Assembly: GCA_965203515.1 (NCBI GenBank)
Contig: OZ241907.1
Coordinates: 256,001-320,000 of the forward strand
From: Spirochaetia bacterium
Lineage (GTDB): Bacteria > Spirochaetota > Spirochaetia > SZUA-6 > Bin103
Direction of reading: 5' to 3'
Length of the DNA: 64,000 bases
Below, in pieces: positions 9,202 to 21,652 of the stretch; the first letter of the stretch is position 1, and the number at the start of each line of letters is the position of its first letter. The notes under the pieces are model-generated. The model made no database searches. It had not been told where the DNA came from and worked only from the letters and a program-made list of their open reading frames with translations. The position numbers and the translations under genes were made by a program.

Positions 9202-10596
9202 ATGGGCGTCTCCACGGGAGCGCGCTCCCGCGCCGCGTACCGGGTGATGGCGCTGGCCGCGGCCGCGCTGGCGCTGCTGAGCTGCGGCGAGAACGCGGGC
9301 CGGCCGCAGGCGGTCCTGCATGGGCCGGACGCGCACCCGATGCCGCCCGGTCCGGCCGTGCTGCGCGGACCGCTGTCGGCCGAGGCCGCAGAGGGTCTGG
9401 AGGAGCTGCTGGAGCGCATGGAGATGCGGTTGGAACGGAGCCGTTCCGTCTCTCCGATCGAGGAGATCGAGCGCCTGGGGGCCGCCGGCGACGCGCGCGT
9501 GCTGTGGCTGCTGACCGATCTGTTCCCGTTCTCGAACCGTGACACGGTGACGGCGATCCGCGACGCATTCGTCGATCTCACCGGTACGGAGGTAGTGGCG
9601 GACGACGGGCGGCTGACGATGATCAACCGCCTGATCGCCTGGGACGTGCCGGCGTTCCCCGGCTATCGCGAATACAAATGGCGCCTGTTCCGTTTCATCG
9701 AGCCGCTTTGGGAGCCGTTCTTCACCGACGACGACTCCGGCATCGACTGGCGGCTGGTCGGATGGGGCGGCGTGGCGATCGACGACCGGCTGCATGCCAC
9801 GCCGGAGAGCCGTTGCCTGCGCGGTTGCATCCCCGCGATCGACGAGCCGGCGGTGACCGGCGCCGACGGCGGAGACTGGTATCCGGACGAACGGCTGGTG
9901 TTCGGCGTGGTGATCAACGGCGAGGCGCGCGCCTACCCGAAGAACGTGATGGAAGTGCACGAGATGGTGAACGACACGCTCGGCGGGCGCCGCATCGGCA
10001 TGCCGTATTGCACGCTGTGCGGATCCGCGCAGGCGTACTTCACGGATGACGTGGAAGGATTCCGGCCGGTACTCCGTACGTCCGGCCTGCTGTCCCGCTC
10101 GAACAAGCTGATGTATGACCGCAGCACCTGGTCGGCGATCGACACCTTCTCCGGCGCGGCGCTGTCCGGGCCGCTCCGTGAGGCGGGCGTGGCGTTGACG
10201 CCGATTTCGGTGGTCACCTCCACCTGGGGCGACTGGAAGCGCCGGCACCCGGAGACGACGATTCTCGAGCGATTTCGGTCCTACCCGCTCGACCCGCTAC
10301 GCGGCCGGGACGACGACGGGCCGATCTTCCCGGTCGGAGACGTCGATCAGCGTCTGCCGATCCAGGAGCGCGTACTGGGCGTGGACGCTCCGGACGGTCC
10401 GATCGCCTTCCCGGTGGAGACTGCGGTGACCGCGCTGCGGGCGGGGGAGGCGGTCGAGATGGGCGGCGTCCGCCTGGAGATGGAGGGCAGCGGCGTTCGC
10501 GCCTTCATCGGCGAGCGGGACGCGGCCGCGCACGAGGCGTTCTGGTTCGCCTGGAGTCAGTTCAAGCCGGACACGCGCCTGTGGCAGCGTGAGTGA
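9202..10596 (+). CDS. DUF3179 domain putative lipoprotein
   Basis: Lipobox-like LLSC; GGV..D..IPAID.P, ARAYP..HEMVND, YCTLCGS, SGLL..SNKLMYD, FWFAW. Confidence 0.85.
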   Translation: MGVSTGARSRAAYRVMALAAAALALLSCGENAGRPQAVLHGPDAHPMPPGPAVLRGPLSAEAAEGLEELLERMEMRLERSRSVSPIEEIERLGAAGDARVLWLLTDLFPFSNRDTVTAIRDAFVDLTGTEVVADDGRLTMINRLIAWDVPAFPGYREYKWRLFRFIEPLWEPFFTDDDSGIDWRLVGWGGVAIDDRLHATPESRCLRGCIPAIDEPAVTGADGGDWYPDERLVFGVVINGEARAYPKNVMEVHEMVNDTLGGRRIGMPYCTLCGSAQAYFTDDVEGFRPVLRTSGLLSRSNKLMYDRSTWSAIDTFSGAALSGPLREAGVALTPISVVTSTWGDWKRRHPETTILERFRSYPLDPLRGRDDDGPIFPVGDVDQRLPIQERVLGVDAPDGPIAFPVETAVTALRAGEAVEMGGVRLEMEGSGVRAFIGERDAAAHEAFWFAWSQFKPDTRLWQRE

Positions 10597-10624
10597 CCGA
10601 CACCGACGGCCGCGGGCCGGCGCT

Positions 10625-11503
10625 TCAACGGCGCCAGCGGCTGGGCGCCATCCCCGGCGCGTCGGCCGGCATGCCGGCCGGCTTGTTGCCGACCGCGAAG
10701 TCGAACTCCTTGGCGTTCGCGTCGTCGAAATAGGGCCGTACCGATGCGGGGAGCATGGCGAGCTCCTCCGCCGTGGCCGCCGGAACGTCGGCGATCGGCC
10801 CCGCCCAGGCCGGCCGGTAGGCGATCGCCAGCATGCGCCGCGGCCGCGTGCCGGCGTTGGGCAGCGTGCCGTGGAACACGCGGTGATTCAGGAACAGCGC
10901 CGAACCGGCGCGGCACGTCACCACCACCTGCTCCGGGTGGCTGGTGTAGCGCTTGTACGGGTGGGCGTCGGCGTGCATGCAGAGGTGGGACCTGGGGATC
11001 ACTCGGAACGGCGACACGTCCATGGTCAGATCGTCCAGGTAGTAGAGGACCCGCACCGTGATCGGGCAGCTCCCCTCGTAGCCGAAGATCGATGACCCGT
11101 ACGGCTGGCCGTCGGTATGCAGGCTGATGCCCGGCGTGCCGGGCTCGGAGCGGTCGTAGGTGACGTTGTGCAGGCACAGGATGCGATCGCCGAACAGGCG
11201 CTCCAGCAGATCGAGCGTCGGCCGAAAGGTCACCAGTTCCGCCAGCGTGCGGCTTCGCAAGTGGACCTTCGTGCAGCCGCGCTGCCGTTCGCTGTAGTCG
11301 CGCCCCTGGGTCGGCAGCTTGTCCGTCTCGGCGCGCAGCGTCTCCAGGTGCTCGGGGGGGAGCAGGTCGGGGACGATCAGGTAGCCCTCCATCTCGATCT
11401 GCCGGATGCGCTCCCCTTCGCTCAGGGCGGCCCAGTCGCGGTCGTCGACGGTCATGCCGTTACCGGTCTGGCCGGCACCGGCGCGTTCGCTGGAGGTATG
11501 CAT
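10625..11503 (-). CDS. PhyH family Fe/2OG dioxygenase
   Basis: EGYLIVPDLL, LHTD, VIPRSH, FHGT, RRML. Confidence 0.88.
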   Translation of the reverse strand: MHTSSERAGAGQTGNGMTVDDRDWAALSEGERIRQIEMEGYLIVPDLLPPEHLETLRAETDKLPTQGRDYSERQRGCTKVHLRSRTLAELVTFRPTLDLLERLFGDRILCLHNVTYDRSEPGTPGISLHTDGQPYGSSIFGYEGSCPITVRVLYYLDDLTMDVSPFRVIPRSHLCMHADAHPYKRYTSHPEQVVVTCRAGSALFLNHRVFHGTLPNAGTRPRRMLAIAYRPAWAGPIADVPAATAEELAMLPASVRPYFDDANAKEFDFAVGNKPAGMPADAPGMAPSRWRR

Positions 11504-11622
11504 GGCGCCTCAACGTAGATCGTCGCGCGCCGGCCGGCAAGGGCCGGGCGGCACGGGCCGGCCCTTGCCGCCCGGCGGTCCGCCTGCTGCGGGCCGGTTG
11601 GAACAGGCCGGCGCTTTGAGCT

Positions 11623-14448
<2,826 letters not shown>

Positions 14449-14461
14449 ATGGATCGGTGAG

Positions 14462-15829
14462 ATGGCCGTAGAGATCAAGCTGCCGGTCCTGGGCGAGGGG
14501 GTCGATGCCGGCACCGTCGCCGGCGTGCTGGTCACGGCCGGCGACAGCGTGGAGGTCGATGCCCCGCTGATCGAGCTGGAGACCGACAAGGCGGTGATAG
14601 AAGTGCCCGCCACCGAGGCGGGCGTCGTCGCCTCGCTCCCGGTCAAGGCCGGGGACACCGTCTCGGTGGGGCAGGTGATCGCCATCATCGAGCCGGGCGC
14701 CGCGGCGGCTCCGTCACCATCACCGTCCCCGGAGGCGGCGGCCGACCACACGGCCGCCGAGCGGCAGGAGCAGCGCGGCGGCCCGCCTCCACCGGCGTCC
14801 GCGCCGCCGGTGGTCACCGCCACGCCGTCCGCCCCGCCGCTTGCGCAGCCGCCGACTCCGGCGGGAATGCAGCCGCCGGCAGGTACCGCGCAGCCGCCGG
14901 CCGGCGAGTTCAACCTGCCGGAATGGCCGATACCGGCCACGCCCAACACGCGCCGCTTCGCGCGCGAGCTCGGCGTCGACGTCACGGCCGTGCAGGGCAC
15001 CGGCAGTGACGGGCGCATCCTCTCCGGCGACGTGGTGCGCACCGCCCGCGCCATGCTGGAGGCCGCCGGCTCCGGCGGGAGCGCAGCCGCCCTGCCGCCG
15101 CTTCCCGACTTCAGCCGCTGGGGTCGCGTCGACCGCGAACCGATGAGCGGCGTCCGCCGCACGACCGCCACGCATCTGTCGACCTCGTGGACGGCGATCC
15201 CGCACGTCACCCAACATGACGAGGCCGACGTCACGGAGCTGGAACGCCTCCGCAAGCGCTTTGGCCCGCGCGTGCAGGAGGCGGGCGGCAAGCTCACGAT
15301 GACCGCGATCGCGGTGCGGGTGGTGGCGAGCGCCCTGCGGGTCTTTCCGCGGTTCGCCTCCAGCGTCGACATGGCCAGCCGCGAGGTGATCCTCAAGCGC
15401 TACACCCACGTGGGCGTGGCGGTCGATACCGATCGCGGCTTGCTGGTGCCGGTGGTCCGCGACGCCGGCCGCAAGAACGTGACCGAGCTGTCGGTCGAGA
15501 TCGGAGCGCTGGCCGCGCGGGCGCGCGCCGGCAAGCTCACCCTGGAGGAGATGCAGGGCGGCTGCTTCACGATCACCAATCTGGGCGGCCTGGGCGGGAC
15601 GGCGTTCACGCCGATCGTGAACTACCCGGAGGTGGCGATCCTGGGCCTGTCACGCTCCCGGGTCACGCCCGTGCACCGCGACCGCGACGGCGGCTTCGAA
15701 CCGCGGCTGCTGCTGCCGCTGTCGCTCTCCTACGACCACCGCGTCATCGACGGCGCCGACGCCGTGCGCTTCCTGCGCTGGATCGTCGAGGCGCTGGAGA
15801 ACCCTTTCCTGCTTTCCCTGGAGGGTTAG
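14462..15829 (+). CDS. aceF: Dihydrolipoamide acetyltransferase (E2), single lipoyl domain
   Basis: ETDKA lipoyl motif, Pro/Ala linker, E3-binding domain (RRFARELGVD..GTG..GRI), DHRVIDG catalytic motif. Confidence 0.95.
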   Translation: MAVEIKLPVLGEGVDAGTVAGVLVTAGDSVEVDAPLIELETDKAVIEVPATEAGVVASLPVKAGDTVSVGQVIAIIEPGAAAAPSPSPSPEAAADHTAAERQEQRGGPPPPASAPPVVTATPSAPPLAQPPTPAGMQPPAGTAQPPAGEFNLPEWPIPATPNTRRFARELGVDVTAVQGTGSDGRILSGDVVRTARAMLEAAGSGGSAAALPPLPDFSRWGRVDREPMSGVRRTTATHLSTSWTAIPHVTQHDEADVTELERLRKRFGPRVQEAGGKLTMTAIAVRVVASALRVFPRFASSVDMASREVILKRYTHVGVAVDTDRGLLVPVVRDAGRKNVTELSVEIGALAARARAGKLTLEEMQGGCFTITNLGGLGGTAFTPIVNYPEVAILGLSRSRVTPVHRDRDGGFEPRLLLPLSLSYDHRVIDGADAVRFLRWIVEALENPFLLSLEG

Positions 15830-15881
15830 GCGGCCGGGCGCCGTTTGCCCCGGGTCCGCGTCGGATGACATGATCGGGCCC

Positions 15882-16901
15882 ATGGCGGACACCGTTCGGC
15901 TGGCCCTGGTCGGCTGCGGCGCGATCGCGGGCTACCACGCCAAGGCGATCCGCTCCATCGACCGCATCGAGATCGCGGCGGCGATCGATCCGAAGCGGGA
16001 AGCCGCGCAAGCCCTGGCTGCGGAGTACGACGCCGGCGCATTCGCGACCATCGAAGAGGCGGCGGCGGCGGTCGACTTCGACGCGGTCGACATCATGACG
16101 CCGCACGACCTGCACGAGTCTCTGGCCGGGCAGGCGTTCGCGCTGGGCAAGCACGTGCTGTTGGAGAAGCCGATCGCGCAGGATCTGACCACTGCCGAGC
16201 GGGTGCTCGCCGCCGGCGCGGCGGCCGATCAGGCGTTCATGGTAGGCGAGAACTCCCAGTACTGGCCGGACGTGGTGGCGGTCGAACGCCTGCTCCGCGA
16301 CGGCGCCGTGGGCGAGGTGATCGCCGCGCAGGCCGCGTTCGAGTGCCGGTTCGATCCGTTCTGGTATCCGGGGGTCCGTCCCTGGCGCTTCGACCTGCAG
16401 CGCACCGGGGGCGGCGTGGTCATCGACGGCGGCGCGCACTGGATCAGGCCGTTGCGCGTCTGGCTGGGAGAGATCGAGTCGGTCACGGGCATCACCGGCC
16501 GGCCGATCGAGGGGATGGACGGCGAGTCGCTCGCACAGGCGTTGCTGCGCTTCGAGTCGGGCGTGGTGGCGTCGTTCCTGGCCCTCACCTCGCCCGCGAA
16601 CCTGTCGGACATGCCATGGTTTCGCGTGCTGGGCACGAAGGGCGAGGTGTTGATCCGCGGCGGCTTCGATGCGGGCGGGATCGAGCTCTACGACGAAGAC
16701 CATCCCGACGGGCAGGCGCTGCCGGGCGATCACGGCTATTTCCGGTCATTCAAGCCGGAACTGGAGGACTTCGCCGCGCTGGTGCTGGACGGCAAGCCGC
16801 CGGTGGCCCCCCCGGAGCAGGCGCTCGGCGAGATGCGGACCGCCCTTGCGCTCTATCGATCGGCCCGGAGCGGAGCGTGGGAGTCGGTCTGGGGCGCCTG
16901 A
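15882..16901 (+). CDS. Gfo/Idh/MocA oxidoreductase
   Basis: LVGCGAIA, TPHDLH, HVLLEKP, GGGVVIDGGAH. Confidence 0.92.
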   Translation: MADTVRLALVGCGAIAGYHAKAIRSIDRIEIAAAIDPKREAAQALAAEYDAGAFATIEEAAAAVDFDAVDIMTPHDLHESLAGQAFALGKHVLLEKPIAQDLTTAERVLAAGAAADQAFMVGENSQYWPDVVAVERLLRDGAVGEVIAAQAAFECRFDPFWYPGVRPWRFDLQRTGGGVVIDGGAHWIRPLRVWLGEIESVTGITGRPIEGMDGESLAQALLRFESGVVASFLALTSPANLSDMPWFRVLGTKGEVLIRGGFDAGGIELYDEDHPDGQALPGDHGYFRSFKPELEDFAALVLDGKPPVAPPEQALGEMRTALALYRSARSGAWESVWGA

Positions 16902-16917
16902 CGGGAAGGATGGCGGT

Positions 16918-17805
16918 ATGAGCATGTCGGCGATGACCGCGGTGGCGCCGTTCCGCGCCGCGGCGGAGGACGCGCGGGCGGACGCGGCGCGGGAGGACGG
17001 TTATCTGTACCTGCCGGGGCTGCTGCCGGCGGACGAGGTGCTGGCCGTCCGGGAACAGGTGGCGGCGGTCGCCGCGCGCCACGGCCTGCTGCGAGCCGGG
17101 ACGCCGGCCCGTGACGCCGTCGCCGAGCAGAGCGCCTTTCTGCACGAAAGCGATCCCACGCCGGAATACCGGGCCTGCTACAACGACCTGTTGCGCCTGC
17201 GCGCCATGCACGCGCTGGCGGTTCACCCGGCGCTGATCGGCGCGCTGGAAACCGTCTTGGGAGAGCCGGTGCTGGCGCATCCACGCAACATCGTGCGGAT
17301 GGTCGTTCCGGGTCGGCCGTCGATCACGACGGCGCCGCATCAGGACCACCGGCCGATCAAGGGGACGCCGGAGGTGTGGACCGCCTGGCTCCCGCTGGGC
17401 GACTGCCCGGAACGGCTTGGCGGCCTGGCGGTGCTGCCGGGGTCCCACCGCAACGGCCTGTACGAGGTGCCGGACGGCACGATCTACTTCGATACGGCCG
17501 ATGTCCGGACGGTCGGCAACGGGGAGTGGCGCTGGAACCCGATGCGGTGCGGGGACGTGCTGCTGTTTCACAGCCTGACGGTCCATCAGGCGCGCGACAA
17601 CCGCTCGCGCGACCGGATCCGGCTGTCGTGCGACTTCCGGTACCAGGCCCGCAGCCAGCCCGTGCACGAGCACTCGCTGCTGCCGCACATGCGCTGGATC
17701 GACTGGGGCGAGATCTACGCCGGCTGGGCCAAGGACGATCCGCTGCGCTACTACTGGCGCGCCTACCGGCTCGACGTACGCTCCGACGACCGCCTGTCGG
17801 GCTGA
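16918..17805 (+). CDS. PhyH family Fe/2OG dioxygenase
   Basis: EDGYLYLPGLL, PHQD, WLPLGD, GGLAVLPGSH, HSLTVH, RLSCDFRY. Confidence 0.92.
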   Translation: MSMSAMTAVAPFRAAAEDARADAAREDGYLYLPGLLPADEVLAVREQVAAVAARHGLLRAGTPARDAVAEQSAFLHESDPTPEYRACYNDLLRLRAMHALAVHPALIGALETVLGEPVLAHPRNIVRMVVPGRPSITTAPHQDHRPIKGTPEVWTAWLPLGDCPERLGGLAVLPGSHRNGLYEVPDGTIYFDTADVRTVGNGEWRWNPMRCGDVLLFHSLTVHQARDNRSRDRIRLSCDFRYQARSQPVHEHSLLPHMRWIDWGEIYAGWAKDDPLRYYWRAYRLDVRSDDRLSG

Positions 17806-17845
17806 CCTGAGCGCAGACGCTATAACGCTCGCAGACGCATGGCGT

Positions 17846-19399
17846 TCAGAGCGGCGCGAACGGCTGCCGGCCGAGCAGTGCATCGATGGCCGGCTGGCCG
17901 GTCGGGTAGACGCCCTCCGGCACCGGGGAGCCGGCCTGCAGCAGCAGCCGAATCACCGCGGCGTAGTCGCCGGCCGGGTTCCACTGCCGGTGGATCGCCG
18001 TACCGAGCGGCGGGCCGGCCATCGCCGGCGCGTCGCCATCCGGGCGCGCGCCATGCGCCAGCAGCGCCGCGGCCATGGCCGGATTGCCCCGGCACGCCGC
18101 CCAGTGCAGCGGCGTGGCGTCCATCCAACTGGCGGCGTCGACGTCGAAGCCTGCCTCGGCCATGACGCGGACGCCGTCCGCGTTGTTCATCTGCGCCACG
18201 GTGGCTATCAGCGCCTTGTCGTGGCGATGCAGGCGCGCCACCGCGTGCGGCCGCGCGGTCAGGATGGCGGCGGCGCGCTCGCCGTCGCCGCGCGCGCAGG
18301 CCACCACCAACTCGTCACCGGCGTCCCGTGCCGAAGGGCGCGCCCCGCGGCGCTCCAGCAGGCCGGCGACCTCGGTCTGCCCCAGGCGCAACGCCACGTC
18401 GTGCGCGGTGCGGGCGCGTATCGATGGAAAGGCGGTCGTCCGCCGGCCGGTGCGGGCGTGCACGTCGGCCCCATGGTCCAGGAGCAGCTCGATGACCGCG
18501 GGACCGAAGCCGCGCTTCACCGCCCAATGCAGCGCCGTCTCTCCCGATGCGGGGTGGCGCTGATCGGGATCCGCGCCGCGGGACAGGAACCAGCGGACGC
18601 CTTCGTCGTAGCGGTAGTCGATCACGTGCTTGAGGTTGTAGGAGAGGTCGTCCCGATCGACGCCGTGGGCGTACAGCAACTCCAGACAGGCGGTGTCGAA
18701 GTGCTCGCAGGCGTGGTAGAGCGACTCACCGTCGTTCGGGTCGGCGCCGGCTTCCAGCAGCAGCTCCGTCATGCCGGCGTGGTTGGCGACGCCGCAGGCG
18801 CCGTACAACGCGGTTTCGTTCGCGTCGTACTCGGCATTATGCCAGAAGCAGTTGGGGTCGGCGCCGTGGTCCAGCAGCAGGCGCGCCGTGCGCAGCAGCC
18901 CCTCGGAGCGCCGGGGATCCCATGCCAGAAACCCGGACCAGCATACGTAGAGCAGCGGCGGCCACCGGCGCGGCCCACCAGGGAGCCGGGCCAAATCCGG
19001 CCGCCGGGAAAGCCGCTCCGCCACCTCATCCGCCGCGCCGAGCACGCACGCGGCGTACAGGTCCGCCCCTGCCGCGTCGGGCGCTATCGCCAGCAAGGCT
19101 TGCGCCCGCTGCCGGTCTCCCCACGCCCAACCGCAGTCCAGAAAGGCGCTCACCCGGTCGTTGGCGGGGGTCGCCGCCGCTTCCGCCGACACCCGGAACC
19201 GCTGCCAGTCGTCGAACCCGTGCTCGCGCGCCACCACGAATCGGGCATCGCCGAGCGTAGCGTCCGCAACGGGCCGATCGAACCGGGGATGCGACCGGGC
19301 GAAGCGCCGCCGCGCCGCGCCGGCGCCGTTGCGGTAGCCGTCCAGCAGCTCCTGCGCCTGACCTTCGGCGTGATCGGTTGACGGCAGGTCGCCGGTCAT
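17846..19399 (-). CDS. Ankyrin repeat protein
   Basis: Repeated ANK motifs (LLDHGADPN, ETALYGA, ETALHWAV, TPLHWAA..GN). Confidence 0.9.
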   Translation of the reverse strand: MTGDLPSTDHAEGQAQELLDGYRNGAGAARRRFARSHPRFDRPVADATLGDARFVVAREHGFDDWQRFRVSAEAAATPANDRVSAFLDCGWAWGDRQRAQALLAIAPDAAGADLYAACVLGAADEVAERLSRRPDLARLPGGPRRWPPLLYVCWSGFLAWDPRRSEGLLRTARLLLDHGADPNCFWHNAEYDANETALYGACGVANHAGMTELLLEAGADPNDGESLYHACEHFDTACLELLYAHGVDRDDLSYNLKHVIDYRYDEGVRWFLSRGADPDQRHPASGETALHWAVKRGFGPAVIELLLDHGADVHARTGRRTTAFPSIRARTAHDVALRLGQTEVAGLLERRGARPSARDAGDELVVACARGDGERAAAILTARPHAVARLHRHDKALIATVAQMNNADGVRVMAEAGFDVDAASWMDATPLHWAACRGNPAMAAALLAHGARPDGDAPAMAGPPLGTAIHRQWNPAGDYAAVIRLLLQAGSPVPEGVYPTGQPAIDALLGRQPFAPL

Positions 19400-19439
19400 G
19401 GGTGACCGGCAGCGTACTCGCATGCCACCGTCCCGTACC

Positions 19440-19793
19440 ATGCCATTCATCAAGGTCGACGACCACGAATCGATCGAGCTGATGCCGGGAGTGCGCGCGC
19501 GCACCCCCTACGGAACGCGCATCATGCTCTCCTACCTGGAAATGGAGGCCGGCAGCAGCGTGCCTACGCACAGCCATCCGCACGAACAGGCGGGACTGCT
19601 CATCGAAGGCCGCATGGAGCTCACCATCGGCGACGAGTCCCGGGTCTGCGAGCCGGGAGACATGTTCATCATCCCGCCGGACACCCCGCACAGCGCGCGG
19701 CCGGTGGACGGCCCGGTGAAGGCGCTCGACGTCTTCAGCCCCGTTCGGGAGGACTACGCGGCGCAGTTCAACCGGTACTTCGGACCGGCCTGA
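19440..19793 (+). CDS. Cupin domain protein
   Basis: PTHSHPHEQ..G and IPPDTPHS cupin motifs, DVFSPVREDY. Confidence 0.9.
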   Translation: MPFIKVDDHESIELMPGVRARTPYGTRIMLSYLEMEAGSSVPTHSHPHEQAGLLIEGRMELTIGDESRVCEPGDMFIIPPDTPHSARPVDGPVKALDVFSPVREDYAAQFNRYFGPA

Positions 19794-21555
19794 CCGCGCC
19801 CGGGTTCGCGCGCTGACGCGGTAGCGGTGCGATGCCGGGGAAGGCGTGCGTGGGCTGATTGGCGTAGCGCTTCATCTTCATGGTGAGCCGGGCGCCGGCA
19901 CCGGGCGCCAGCTTCACGGTGATGGCCGGTTCGTCCAACGCGATGGCGGCGCCGTTCACGTGCGCGGCGGTGAACCGGTGTTCGGCGTAGGCGCCGGCCT
20001 GCATGACCAGCGCGTGGCGGCGCACGGGGCTGACGTTGACCAGCGTGACCGACACCTCGTCGTCGCTCATCGAATCGACCAGCGACGCCACGTCCTCCGG
20101 GATGCCGGCGCGGCCCCGGTCCAGGTCGAAATAGCGCACGCGGGTGTGCCACGCGGCGCCGATGTGCCGGGAGGGCAGCCCGCCCAGCATCAGCTCCACC
20201 AGTCGCCAGATGCCGGCGCCCGGGTTCATGCCGTTCGGGCTCTCGGACAGCCGCGTATCCGGCGTGGTGCGGTCCTCGCGCATGCGCCGCATCCGCTCGC
20301 GCGTTGCCTCCAGCTCGCCCTGCAATGCTCGGACCGGATAGTCCGGCGCGTCGCCGCACAGATAGGCCGCCCAGCCGCTCTTGCGGCGCGCCGGCGCACG
20401 GTCGCGCTCCCGCATCGACCAGTAGTAGACCTCCAGCGCGCCGTGATCGTAGGGCTCCGGGGAGAACTCGTACCAGCCGTCGGCCCCGTGCTTCTGCGGG
20501 TACTGCAGCCGGCCGTCGATCTCCTTCGCCTGCGCGTTTACGGCGTCGATCACGCCGCGCCACACGTCGACGTAGCGCTGATCGCCGGAGACCAGCAGCG
20601 CGTTGCCGAAGCCGTACGGCGCCAGGGAGCGAAAGAACGCCTTGTGGTCCCAGCCGTACACCGCTCCCCACCAGCGACCGCCGGCGCCGCCGATGGCGCC
20701 GTCCAGCCCGACGTTGCTGGGGATGATGCCGCCGTTCCGGTCGGTGCGCTCCACCCAGGCATCGGCGTAGTCGAGGATCCAGTCGCGGTACGCGCGTTCG
20801 CCCGTGCACAGATAGGCGTTCAGCACGATCGTGGAGACGATCAGGTTGCACGGCGTGTCGCCGATCACGTCCCGATAGGGGGTGAAGTGCTCGACGTAGT
20901 CGTTCCACGTGCGATGCCAGCGCAGCGGCGTGAAGCGCCCCTCGCATTCGAACGGGTCGCCTCCCCAATCGACCGGGGTGGTGGTGCGCAGCACCGGGCC
21001 GCGGCTGCCGGTCATGACGCTGCGGATCAGCCGGTGCTCCCGGTCGTAGTTGGGTGCGCCCGGGTTCTCACCCAGATAGAAGCCGGCGTAGCGGCGCATG
21101 CGCGCCTGGTAGGTCGGGTCCCACGGCTCCGCCAGCCCCTGCTGGAACAGCCCGTGGAAGCCCTCGGCGTTGTGCACGGAATCGAAGCTGGTCGGGAACT
21201 CCTGGTAGTACATGCCGTCGCGGGCCAGCGGGCACTCGGCGGTGCGCGCTTCCGTGTACTGCCGCATGTGGCCCTCGATGCCGTGCCGGTAGAGCTGCAG
21301 CACCCGCTCCGGGCCGCCCAGCGCGTAGAGCTCGGTCCAGCCGGTGACGTTCTCCGCCGCGTCGTCGGGGCCGTCCAGCGCCCCCCAACGCGGATGGCAC
21401 AGCACGTAGCCGCGCTCGTCGAAGTACCGGGCGTGGAACGCCTCGATCGCCTCCGGCAGCGACGCCAGCAGTTGACGCTGCAGCAGCGCCCAATGCGGCG
21501 CCGCCAGCGGCGTGGTCAGTTCCAAGACGGTCTCCGGCAGGGAGCGGTCGCGCAT
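19768..21555 (-). CDS. Conserved hypothetical protein (~595 aa, Trp/Tyr/Asp-rich, possibly an alpha/alpha-barrel enzyme)
   Basis: Long ORF with host-like codon usage; RWGALDGPDDAAEN, HNAEG, GGIIPSNVGLDG, WWGAVYGW, RYFD..R.RAG.PEDVA; TATACT 6 nt before the ATG. Confidence 0.8.
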   Translation of the reverse strand: MRDRSLPETVLELTTPLAAPHWALLQRQLLASLPEAIEAFHARYFDERGYVLCHPRWGALDGPDDAAENVTGWTELYALGGPERVLQLYRHGIEGHMRQYTEARTAECPLARDGMYYQEFPTSFDSVHNAEGFHGLFQQGLAEPWDPTYQARMRRYAGFYLGENPGAPNYDREHRLIRSVMTGSRGPVLRTTTPVDWGGDPFECEGRFTPLRWHRTWNDYVEHFTPYRDVIGDTPCNLIVSTIVLNAYLCTGERAYRDWILDYADAWVERTDRNGGIIPSNVGLDGAIGGAGGRWWGAVYGWDHKAFFRSLAPYGFGNALLVSGDQRYVDVWRGVIDAVNAQAKEIDGRLQYPQKHGADGWYEFSPEPYDHGALEVYYWSMRERDRAPARRKSGWAAYLCGDAPDYPVRALQGELEATRERMRRMREDRTTPDTRLSESPNGMNPGAGIWRLVELMLGGLPSRHIGAAWHTRVRYFDLDRGRAGIPEDVASLVDSMSDDEVSVTLVNVSPVRRHALVMQAGAYAEHRFTAAHVNGAAIALDEPAITVKLAPGAGARLTMKMKRYANQPTHAFPGIAPLPRQRANPGAVRPVRSTG

Positions 21556-21586
21556 GGCACGAGTATACTCCGTTCGGCCCGTGTGC

Positions 21587-21652
21587 GGTGCCGGTTGTCC
21601 GCTGCTGGTATTCGGCATCATGAAATCGCTGTACGTGGAGGACGAATGGTGA
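21587..21652 (+). pseudogene. C-terminal remnant of a BglII/BstYI-family type II restriction endonuclease
   Basis: Translates GAGCPLLVFGIMKSLYVEDEW*, matching from memory the C-terminus of REases paired with MT-A70 methylases. Its stop overlaps the MTase start. Confidence 0.6.

Noticed and set aside
9202..10596. Selenoprotein form of DUF3179
   Set aside because: The motif is CTLC with Cys codons; no in-frame TGA
19846..21645. Long N-terminal extension of the MT-A70 ORF (819 aa)
   Set aside because: Antisense to the hypothetical gene at 19768-21555; MTase similarity starts at 21646
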